From: Zygnema circumcarinatum SAG 698-1b
Lineage: Eukaryota; Plantae; Zygnematophyceae
Direction of reading: 5' to 3'
DNA length: 64,000 nucleotides
NCBI GenBank assembly: GCA_037447605.1
Contig: CM074819.1
Coordinates: 434,001-498,000 of the forward strand
This document shows positions 53,750 through 64,000 of the stretch, in pieces. The translations under genes were made by a program, and so were the position numbers. Position 1 is the stretch's first letter. Each line of letters begins with the position of its first letter. The notes under the pieces are model-generated. The model worked only from the letters and a program-made list of their open reading frames with translations, had not been told where the DNA came from and ran no database searches.

Positions 53750-56700
53750 TCAAGGCGGTTTGTCTGCCCGTGAGAGCAAAAACGTCTCTCCGGTGTCCTC
53801 ATCGACCTCAAACCCTTCACATCGCATGGAATCGTGCCCCTGTTCCATGTTCCCGTTCCCGTTTCCGTTTCCGTTCCCGTTTCCGTTCCTGTTCTGTATC
53901 TCTGTCCCATCCCCCCCTTCAGCTCCTCCCCTCCCCTCCCCCCCGTCTTCACCTCCAAAAAAAATCGTATTTTTCTCCAAATCCAGAACTTGCCGAGTTC
54001 CATGCTCTGCTCCTCCGTCTTGCCGTTCCGTTAAACTGCCCCTTCCTCCCACATGTGTCCTCACTTTCCTTTGTTGAGCTCCGGTCTGCAACCCCAATGC
54101 CATCGCAAACATTCTTCCTGCTGCCCGACCGGTCGAAGAAGACATTTTTTTCGAATTTCTTTCCCTCCTTTCTTCTACTCCTAAGCCTATTATTTGCGTC
54201 TCTTCTTGAAGTGATTTTATTTCAATTTTGGTCTCACCTTCTCCTTGAGCCTCAACACCCAAACCATTAGAAACCTTAATTTCGTTATTTGGTATCCCAA
54301 TTTCAAATCTACTTTCGCCGTCGACCAATGACATGCCGACACCTGTCACCCCTGCCGCTACCCCTTCTCCTTCCCTTGTCTTTACATTTTTTTGAGAACT
54401 AAAAAAGTTTTTCCCTAAACCAACTTCAAACATTCTCCGGGCCGCTTTCACACTCGACTTTAACTGCTCTTCTTTTGACTTCTTCGCCACTTCCCCTCTC
54501 CCTCTCCCTCTCTCCTCCCTCTCCTCTCCTACTTCCCTCTCCCTCTCCTCTCCCTCCCCCCCCACCCTGACTGCTCTCTTCACCCTCTCACCGCTCTCTC
54601 TCTCCTTGCTCCCTCTCCCTCCCCTCCCTTCCTCCTCAAAGCTCGCCTTCACTACCTCTCCTTTCTGCTTCACATCCACCAACCCCTCTTCACTCAAGTC
54701 AGCACTTAAAATTGAACTCAAAAATACTTTTTCCTCTGTCCCATTCACAACCCCACCGTCGAAATTTTCCCCACCCACATTTTCGCTGCCCGAACTTCCC
54801 GTTTCCTTCACCAAAATACTCTCTCCGGGCAGCCCAGAAATTTTCGGAGCCATTCTCATGGCCGGCATGTTGAGCGCATGCGCTATCATCCGCCTCGCGA
54901 CAACTGGCACCGCCCGGGGCCGGGGCTGAGCTGGCAGGGTTTCTATGCTCGCAGTTTCGAAAAATTCCGTATTAGCAAAAATTCGGGCTCTGGCGGCTTC
55001 ATATGCGGCCTGCCGTTCCGTTAACGACGCTGTTCCATGTGACTTGGAGGAATTTTCGGCTTCTCCGGCGGGTCCTGCACATGGAAAAAGGGGTTTTGGA
55101 CCATTAGGATGTTGAATTGAAGGGAATAGGAAAAATAATCGATATTTGGATAGGTCTGATTTGCTGATATGGTGAGGGATCACTCTGAAAAAAACTTCAT
55201 AAAGTGTGTATGGGATCGATTTCAGGGTGAAAGTCTTGGAGTTTAGAAGGATGCAGGATTTGAGGATCTCCTCCTTTCGAGATTCCAGAGTTCAATAACT
55301 GTAAAGGTAGAGGTTAGGGTTACGTTTGGAGTTAGATTAGGGTTAGGTTTAAAGTTGGAATTAGGGATAGGTCTGCGGATTAGGCAAGAGATTAAGGTTG
55401 TGGTTAGGACCAGAGTTAGGGTTAGGGTTAGGGATTTAGGGTTAGGGTTAGATTAGGGTTAGGGCTAGGGTTAGGGATTTAGGATTAAGGTTAGAACAGA
55501 GTAAGGGTTAGGGTAAGGGCTAGGGTTAGGGTTAGAGTTAGGGTTAGGGTTAGGGATTTGGGGTTAGGGTTAGGGTTGGGTTCAGGATTAAAGTTAGGGT
55601 TAGGATTAGGATTGGGGTTAAGGTTAGAGTTAGGGTTAGGGTTAGGGTTAGGGTTGGGGTTGGGGTTAGGTTTAGGGTTAGGGTTAGGGTTAGGGTTAGG
55701 GTTAGGGTTAGGGTTGGGGTTGGGGTTGGGGTTGGGTTAGGGTTAGGGTTAGGGTTAGGGTNNNNNNNNNNGGGTTAGGGTTAGGGTTAGGGTTAGGGTT
55801 GGGGTTGGGGTTGGGGTTGGGTTAGGGTTAGGGTTAGGGTTAGGGTCAGGGTTAGCGTTAGGGTTAGTGATTTGGGGTTAAGAGTTAGATTTAGGGTTAG
55901 CGTTGGTGGGAGGATTGAATTAGGGTTCGGCAGTGACCCGGAGCGGGGTCCCTCTGGAGGAGGCCCTGCACCGCCGCCGACACTTCGCCGGCGAGCTCGT
56001 CCGGGAAGAGGACGTCCGTCACGAGGCGGTACGGCCTGCAGGGCAGGGAGGGAGGGCAACCCTAAATTCCAGACCCTGCCCCATGCGATCCCCATGCTTC
56101 CATGGCATGGCATGGCATGGCATGGCATGGCATGACACGACATGATGTGACGTGACACTTTTTTTTTTCTGACATGATGTGTGTTGCATGCCCTCCGCTT
56201 TGTGTGAAGGGTCCTCAAAAAACGCGCAATGAGAAGCTCGTGCAACACCAGCCGGGTTCTCGTTTGAAGTCGATTCATATATTTGCAAATATAACTTTCA
56301 ACAACGGAAAGTTGTTAAAATTGATGCCCTAATTGCATGTGATGCTGCTGTGGAATGCAATGCAACGCATTCAGTTCAAACAAACATCCATTCTATACTG
56401 CACTGCCAGGTGGCTTTTACTATGCTCTCTCTCCCTCTTCCCCCCTGTCTCCTTTCACTCCTCTCTCTCTCTCCGTCTTCCCTTCCCTCTCTCCGTCTCT
56501 GTCTCCCTCTCTCTCTCTCTCTCTCTCCCTCTTGCTCACATGTGTGATGCCGGGCCGCGAACCACCACCAGATGTCGCTCTTCTCCAATCCCCTCCGACT
56601 CGTGCAGCAGTCTGCACCCAACACGCCTTCCTAGAAACCTTAAACCTTAATCATCCTCCGCTTCAGCCGCCTCCGTTCCTTTCCACTTCTGTCCTTCGCT

Positions 56701-57107
56701 TCTCCTTCGCTTTCACCTACTTCTTTCTCCTGCATCCCTCCTCTCTCCCCGTCGCCCTCCTTCTCCCACCTTTCCACACGCCTCTCCTCTGCCCTCCACT
56801 ATCTACCCATTCTCCCTCCCTTTCCTTCTACTCCTACCATTTTTCCCCCACCCTTCTTCCCTCCCTCCCTCCCCTTCTTCTCCTCCATTACGTGCAAGGA
56901 AGTGGATAAAGAAAGAGGGCGTAAGCACCCGAACAGGTCCGCCATCCTATGCAGCAGCATCCGTGTATACGATTCCAGCGGCTCCATGGCGACTTGCTCC
57001 ACCCTGCGGCACAAAATGGGGGAGGAGAGAGAGAGAGAGAGGGTGGGGGGGGGTGGGAGAGGAGCGAATAGAGAGTGAGAGGGCGAGTGGAGGGATGGGG
57101 AAAAGGA

Positions 57108-57163
<56 letters not shown>

Positions 57164-57597
57164 GATAACCTAAGCTGCCAACTGGAAACTGGAAACTCAA
57201 AAAGTACTTGGAAGCAACCGCTCCCCCCTCCCCCCCTTCCCCTCTCCCCACCAGCTCCTTGGGAACCCAAAATTAAAATTAAAAGTTAAAAAAGTAATGA
57301 ATGTATGTATACCTCTGCGACAAGAGCAGGCCCATAAATGTAAATTCCGCATCCTTCAAAATTTGCTGCGCGCGGTAATTGTGCCTCACAAGCGCCGCCA
57401 GGTCCTGGGCAGCCTCCTGCAATATTAAGAAGAAGTATAAATGAGGGCGGGGGGGGAAACAAACAGCATGAGCAGACATATTAAAAAAAAAAAAAAAAAA
57501 GCAAAACAAAGTGCAAAAACAAATTCCAAAAAAAGGGAAAGTGGCGCAGCAGGGAAGGGGAGACCTCGTCTGAGGCCATGGCGGCCTCGTGGTCCAT
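53750..57597 (-). CDS. R3H plus SUZ domain RNA-binding protein. Exons 57597-57565, 57416-57313, 57003-56929, 56611-56540, 56035-55938, 55074-53750.
   Basis: R3H: PLESYTRMLLHRMADLFGLLHESEGIGEERHLVV. SUZ: SLTERQAAYEAARARIF. All splice phases are consistent. Confidence 0.88.
55310..55930. repeat. Intronic (TTAGGG)n array with an internal N gap
   Basis: Long ttagggttaggg runs in the last R3H intron. Confidence 0.92.
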
Positions 57598-60529
57598 GGC
57601 GGCCCGCACGTGCCAGAACCCGCGCTACGAGCAGCCACGTGGCAGCATCCCCCTCACCGCAGCCCTCGCCATGGCCATAGCCTACTCGAGCCATTGGCAG
57701 ACTGAGGATGGCAGATGGCTGGGTCCCTATGGTCTAGGCCCTAGGGCATACGGACTAGGGCCTAGTGCTCGGCCTGGATGGTCTGTGGTCTAGGGTGTAC
57801 GGCCTATAGTCTAGGGCTGTACGGTTTTGCTATGGTCTGGAGGTAAGAGATGTGGCATTGATCTCACGATGGCGATGGGATGTACGGAACGGTACGGACG
57901 AAGTCACATGTGTCGTGTTAGCAAGGCGTTGTGAATCCCTAGGCCTTTGATCGCATGGATCATGTTGTTGTTGATCATGTTGTTGTTGATCATGTTGTTT
58001 TTGATCGTGTTGTTGTCGGCGGCTGGTTTGTAGGAAGGAGTATAAAGGGTTACATTACTTTAAGACTTTGAATTAGCGGAGCCTTGAGGGAAAAGCACAG
58101 GATGCTGCTTAATGCTCCAGGTCTGTTTTGGAATAAATCAAAATATGTGTGTTGTGCACTGAGTGCCTAACTGAAGTGTTGGATGGTGGAACTTGCCTGG
58201 CATGTCTAAGAAAGGGATGTCCTCCAGAAACGAAACAGAAGAATTTGTGGAAGGACGAAGCTCTAAGTCCAAGAGTGCCATGCCACGCCATGCCACGCCA
58301 TGGCGCGCATGTCCATGCATGTGAACGGACATGCACGGGACTGCTCAGGTTGGACAATTGGATCAGCCATTGCCAATGGTTGCGAACCATGCGATCGCTC
58401 AACCATTTGATGACAATAGTTGGCCATCCAAAGGTTGGCAACCAGTAGATGTTCAACCAATGATGAATCCAATGGTAGCCAACCATTGGCAGCCAGTGGT
58501 TGCCAGCATGCCTGCCATACATCATCTGCTCGCGCGACATCACTGCTGGCATGACATCACAAGCGTTGGCCTCGGTGAGGGGTCGCAATGGGGTGGCTAA
58601 GCACACACTTTCTTCTTTCTTTTTACAAATAAATAAGTGACTAAAAAGAATGCTATATTTCCTGTGAAATGATTTATGCCCCAATTACGATCATCTGAAA
58701 AACTCTAGTCTTTTCTACGAACGAGCTTCTAAGCCCAAAACGCTAAACTGCACATTTTGACTATTGAATTTCGAATAAAATTGATACAAAATTTCATTAC
58801 GAGGTCATCAATTCCGTGACAAAGGCCAAACGCTTTCGAAGGCGAGAGATAGAGAGAGAGCGCGCGCGAGCGATCGTTCCATTGTATCCGTACAGTTTGT
58901 GTTCCGTTCCAGCAATAAAAACGCGCGCTTGTCTCTATGTCTCAGTTTTAGTTCCCGTTCCCGTCAAACGACCAGCACAACATAGGCCAGCGCCGAGCAG
59001 GAGACGACCGCTCTCTATGTCTCTGTTCCAGTTCCCGTTCCAAGACCAGCACGACATAGGCCAGCGCCGAACAGGAGACGACCGCTCTCTATGTCTCTGT
59101 TCCAGTTCCCGTTTCCGTCAGACGACCAGCACAACATAGGCCAGCGCGGAGCAGGAGACGACCGCGAGGAGGATGGCAAACGCCTTGACGGGGAAGGTGG
59201 TCGCGGGGAGGGGGGAGGGGTCGAAGGAGGGGAAGAAGGCGGGCATGGCGCACTGCTCGCCGTTGAAGAACACGCGCGACGGGTACACTTGGGCGCCGCC
59301 GGACTCAGAGAGGTTGAAGGAGGGGATGTGGCCGAACTGGAAACACGGGCAGCAAAGGAAAAAAAAAAAAAAAGAGAAAACAAGTAAGGAGGGGAAGTTT
59401 TAGAGGAAGGTGGAAGTAAAATTTGGTTTGTCATTATTTAAAAGAGAATAGAAAAGCTGAGTTGGGGGAAATTTGAAATGGGTTGGGTTGATGTTCTAAG
59501 TTTGTAATTCTGTTTTTATGATGGAAATGAACGAAGCATTTCGATTCTTCAGTTGGGAGGAGTGGGCTTTCGCTGAAGAGAGGAGAGGGAGAGGGAGTGG
59601 GAGAGGGAGAGGGAGAGGGAGAGGNNNNNNNNNNTCCAGAAACGAAACAGAAGAATTTGTGGAAGGACGAAGCTCTAAGTCCAAGAGTGCCATGCCACGC
59701 CATGCCACGCCATGGCGCGCATGTCCATGCATGTGAACGGACATGCACGGGACTGCTCAGGTTGGACAATTGGATCAGCCATTGCCAATGGTTGCGAACC
59801 ATGCGATCGCTCAACCATTTGATGACAATAGTTGGCCATCCAAAGGTTGGCAACCAGTAGATGTTCAACCAATGATGAATCCAATGGTAGCCAACCATTG
59901 GCAGCCAGTGGTTGCCAGCATGCCTGCCATACATCATCTGCTCGCGCGACATCACTGCTGGCATGACATCACAAGCGTTGGCCTCGGTGAGGGGTCGCAA
60001 TGGGGTGGCTAAGCACACACTTTCTTCTTTCTTTTTACAAATAAATAAGTGACTAAAAAGAATGCTATATTTCCTGTGAAATGATTTATGCCCCAATTAC
60101 GATCATCTGAAAAACTCTAGTCTTTTCTACGAACGAGCTTCTAAGCCCAAAACGCTAAACTGCACATTTTGACTATTGAATTTCGAATAAAATTGATACA
60201 AAATTTCATTACGAGGTCATCAATTCCGTGACAAAGGCCAAACGCTTTCGAAGGCGAGAGATAGAGAGAGAGCGCGCGCGAGCGATCGTTCCATTGTATC
60301 CGTACAGTTTGTGTTCCGTTCCAGCAATAAAAACGCGCGCTTGTCTCTATGTCTCAGTTTTAGTTCCCGTTCCCGTCAAACGACCAGCACAACATAGGCC
60401 AGCGCCGAGCAGGAGACGACCGCTCTCTATGTCTCTGTTCCAGTTCCCGTTCCAAGACCAGCACGACATAGGCCAGCGCCGAACAGGAGACGACCGCTCT
60501 CTATGTCTCTGTTCCAGTTCCCGTTTCCG

Positions 60530-60748
60530 TCAGACGACCAGCACAACATAGGCCAGCGCGGAGCAGGAGACGACCGCGAGGAGGATGGCAAACGCCTTGA
60601 CGGGGAAGGTGGTCGCGGGGAGGGGGGAGGGGTCGAAGGAGGGGAAGAAGGCGGGCATGGCGCACTGCTCGCCGTTGAAGAACACGCGCGACGGGTACAC
60701 TTGGGCGCCGCCGGACTCAGAGAGGTTGAAGGAGGGGATGTGGCCGAA
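60530..60748 (-). CDS. Last exon of a COBRA-like (COBL7-type) GPI-anchored protein; upstream exons lost in the 100-N gap; second copy at 59118-59336
   Basis: ag|FGHIPSFNLSESGGAQVYPSRVFFNGEQCAMPAFFPSFDPSPLPATTFPVKAFAILLAVVSCSALAYVVLVV*. It carries the COBRA P.R/KVFFNG..C..P motif followed by a hydrophobic GPI-signal tail. Confidence 0.8.
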   Translation of the reverse strand, partial: FGHIPSFNLSESGGAQVYPSRVFFNGEQCAMPAFFPSFDPSPLPATTFPVKAFAILLAVVSCSALAYVVLVV

Positions 60749-61809
60749 CTGGAAACACGGGCAGCAAAGGAAAAAAAAAAAAAAAAAAGAGAAAACAAGT
60801 AAGGAGGGGAAGTTTTAGAGGAAGGTGGAAGTAAAATTTGGTTTGTCATTATTTAAAAGAGAATAGAAAAGTTGAGTTGGGGGAAATTTGAAATGGGTTG
60901 GGTTGATGTTCTGCCTGTAATTCTTGTTTTATGGATGGANNNNNNNNNNNNNNNNNNNNNNNNNNNNNNNNNNNNNNNNNNNNNNNNNNNNNNNNNNNNN
61001 NNNNNNNNNNNNNNNNNNNNNNNNNNNNNNNNNNNNNNNGAGAGGGGTAAGGAATGGGCGAGGGAGGGAGAGAGAGGGAGAGGAGGAGACAGCGAGGGAG
61101 AGAGAGACGTTAGAAAGGACGAAGGGGAAGAGGAGGAGAGGGAGGGGGAGAGGAGGAGACAGCGAGGGAGGAAGAGACGTTAGACAGAAAGCAAGGGGGA
61201 GAGAGGGGAGAGAGAGGGAGAGAGAGAGAGAGAAAGAGAGAGGGAGAGGAGGCAACAGCGAGGGAGAGAGGGAAGTTGGGGTAGAAAGCAGAGGGAGAGA
61301 GAGGGTGAAGAGGAGACAGCGAGAGAAAAGGAGACGTTAGAAAGGAAGCAGGGGGGGAGAGAGGGGAGACAGAGGGAGAGAGAAAGGGAGCGAGGGAGTG
61401 GAGGTGACAGCGAGGGAGAGAGGGACGTTGGGCGAGAACGAGGGGGAAGACAGAGGGGGAGAGGGAGGGAGGGAGAGAGGGGGAGAGGGAGGGAGAGAGT
61501 GAGAGAGAGGAGAGGAGAGAGAGGGAAGAGGGGCAAAGGGAGAAAAAGGGGGTGAAGTTCGATAGTAAGTCCACTGCAACCCTAAGAATGTCCAAACCCT
61601 AAAACTTGGAACTCTAAGAACGTCGGAACCCTGAAAACTAGAAACCCCCCTAAGAATGTCAAAACCCTTAGAACACCAAAACCCTTAATGCTTGAAACCC
61701 TAAAACCCTAAACCCTACCTGCCGGCCTGAGCTCGGCTCCGCCAGCTGTCTTCTCACATCCCGCAGGAGAAAGAAGAGGAAGCCATGGCCTGCACAGAGG
61801 CAGCACAGG

Positions 61810-62620
61810 TTTTAAGGTTTTAGGGTTTTAGGGTTTGTTCAAGGTTTCAGGGTTTAGGGTTTAAGGGTTTTCACATTTTTAGTGTTTCAGAGTTTCACGT
61901 CTTTAGCACGATACGGGTTTCACGTTTTTAACGCTTTTTACGTTTCAAACTTTAAAATTTGATGAGATCGGCCACGTGCACTATCCGGAATTTGCAGTTT
62001 TTTCTGAGAAAACCACAAAAAGAAAGAAAGTGGCGAATGGTATGAACGACTGGGTTTTTGGGAAGTCAATTCTAAGCCCAATCTTCTTTATCCGTAAGAA
62101 TCATAGGTTGAGGTTTAGGATAAGGGTTTGAGATATAAGGGTTAAGGTTATGGTTTAGGGTTCGGGTTGAGGATTAGGGTTTAGGGTTCAGGGTTGAGGG
62201 TTTAAGGTTTAAGATATACGGTTTACGGTTTAATGTTAAAGGTTACGGTTCACGGTATAGGGTTAAGGGTTTCAGGTTTAGGGTTTCGGGTTTAGGGTGT
62301 AGAGTGTAGGGTGTAGGGTTTAGGTTTTAAGGTTTAGAGAGCTTAGCGTTCAGGCTTCAGGGTTGAGGGTTTAGCCTTCAGGGTTGAGGGTTTAGGGTTT
62401 AGGGTTGAGGGTTTAGCCTTCAGGGTTGAGGGTTTAGCCTTCAGGGTTGAGGGTTTAGCCTTCAGGGTTGAGGGTTTAGCCTTCAGGGTTGAGGGTTTAG
62501 CCTTCAGGGTTGAGGGTTTAGCCTTCAGGGTTGAGGGTTTAGCCTTCAGGGTTGAGGGTTTAGCCTTCAGGGTTGAGGGTTTAGCTTTCAGGGTTGTGGG
62601 TTTAGGGTTTAAGGTTGAGG
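61810..62620. repeat. Telomere-like array including about 10 copies of a 21-bp higher-order unit CTTCAGGGTTGAGGGTTTAGC
   Basis: Degenerate TTTAGGG from 61810; homogeneous 21-mer at ~62355-62600. Confidence 0.9.
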
Positions 62621-62629
62621 GTTGCGCAC

Positions 62630-63740
62630 CTGCACGTCCCCCCCGACCTCCTCGAGCTCCACGCCGCGCTGCAGGAGCTGCTGGCGGACGCGGGGAGGGT
62701 CGGCCTCGGGCTTGTCGCACTTGTTGATGGCCACCACTAGAGGGACGCCTGGGGGGGAGAGAGAGGGAGAGGAAGGGGGAGAGAGGGAGGGAGAGAGGGG
62801 GAGAGGGAGGGGAGGGAGGGAGAGAGGGAGTGGGAGGTGGAGGGAGGGAGAGAGGGGGAGATGGAAGGGAGGGAGGGAGAGAGGGAGAGGGAGGGAAAGC
62901 GAGGGAGAGAGGGGGAGTGGGAAGGGAGGGGAGGGAGGGAGAGAGGGGGAAAGAAGAAGAGGGAGGGAGGGAGGGAGGGAGGGAGGGAGGGAGAGAAGGG
63001 AGAGGGAGGGAGGGAGGGAGAGAGGGAGAGGGGGAGGGAGGAGGGAGAGGAGAGGGAGAGGGAGGGGGAGGGAAGGAGGGAGGGAGGGAGAGAGAGAGAG
63101 GGCGAGGGAGGGAAGGAGGGAGGGAGAGACAGAGAAAAAGAAAGAGAAACGTGTGAAACTAAATCGAAGCGAATAAAAGGGACTGGAAGGAGTTTGACGA
63201 GAAAATGGTGTCATCACTATCCATGCTTGAATCGCGGGATTTCTGTAACACCTCAAACCCCAAAACAAATTCCCCTTCCCCCCTGCTTGCCTCCCCCCCT
63301 TCCCCCCTGCTTCCCTTCACACCTCCTGCCCCCTCCCCCCCCTCCCCCTCTCAAACCCTCCCCCTCCTACACCCTGAGCCCTTGCCCTCGCCCCTGCCCC
63401 TGCCCTCTCCTTCTCCCCCTCTCCCCCGTCCCCCTCTCGGACCCTTCCCCCTCCTAGACCCCCCCCCCTCCCTCCCTGCCCCCCCTCTTCCCTTGGAGGC
63501 AGCCCTGCGCCCTGAGCCCTGAGGCGGTACCCACCCGCGTGGTGGGCGTGGCGGATGGCCTCCTCGGTCTGCGGCATGACCCCGTCGTCCGCGGCCACGA
63601 CATAACACGACCCGGCGTCCGCGACGCCCGCCCGGCAGCGCATGCCGCGAGCGGCGTGCCGAGGCGTGTCCAGGAGAATCGCGGCCCAGCCCGCACGCTG
63701 CTTGGCGCACCACGAACGCGCCGATGTGCTGCGCCGCCAT
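62630..63740 (-). pseudogene. infB: Organellar translation initiation factor IF-2 G-domain fragment; upstream exon frameshifted or degenerate (pseudogene or low-quality sequence). Exons ~63740-63535 and 62748-62630.
   Basis: QHIGAF, then after a frameshift LDTP(R)HAA..MR and [19 protein letters not shown]|[40 protein letters not shown], matching the IF-2 G3/G4 region. Confidence 0.75.
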
Positions 63741-63784
63741 CCGCGCATGCACATGGATGGGTGCATGCATGAACATACATGCAT

Positions 63785-63935
63785 GGGTGGGTGGGTGGGT
63801 GGATGGATGGATGGATGGATGGATGGATGGATGGATGGATGGATGGCTGGATGGATGGATGGATGGATGGCTGGATGGATGGATGGATGGATGGATAGAT
63901 GGATGGATGGATGGGTGGATGGGTGGATGGATGGA
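63785..63935. repeat. (GGAT)n microsatellite
   Basis: ggatggatggat run; a shorter (ATCC)n run lies at ~26005-26045. Confidence 0.9.
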
Positions 63936-64000
63936 TACATACACTCATGTATTGCACATGCATGCACATACATGCTCGTCTTTCAATCTTCCCATCTCCC

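Noticed and set aside
58223-60915. Two COBRA-like last exons (offset 1412)
   Set aside because: The second copy starts at a 10-N gap and is near-identical (poly-A length, one substitution); overlap or haplotype artefact is more likely than paralogy.

Overview
Eukaryotic nuclear DNA from a streptophyte, probably a charophyte-grade alga (inference from land-plant-type genes plus extreme simple-repeat introns). It is a draft assembly with many 10-N gaps and three 100-N gaps. Most ORF-track entries are artefacts of GA/CT, G/C and telomere-like repeats, so genes were reconstructed by hand from spliced exons. In order: plastid threonine deaminase (-, 3'-partial), head-to-head with an intron-containing tRNA-Ile(UAU); a ~6 kb non-coding composite repeat holding a GGCC-centred palindrome array and a Tc1/mariner-type MITE; DDX27/RH28 helicase (-); NLA/BAH1-like SPX-RING ligase (+); GT61-like glycosyltransferase (-); GALS-like GT92 (+, partial); histone H2A.Z (+); CotA/LPR-like multicopper oxidase (-); an orphan poly-Q/H gene (-); an R3H-SUZ protein (-); a COBRA-like last exon (-); and a degenerate IF-2 fragment (-). 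Three 1.2-1.8 kb tandem duplications at 10-N gaps look like assembly artefacts. The best leads are the tRNA-Ile/threonine deaminase shared promoter, the pervasive intronic telobox plus GA arrays, the hairpin array, the non-canonical oxidase and the orphan gene. All family assignments rest on recalled motif similarity; no database search was run.
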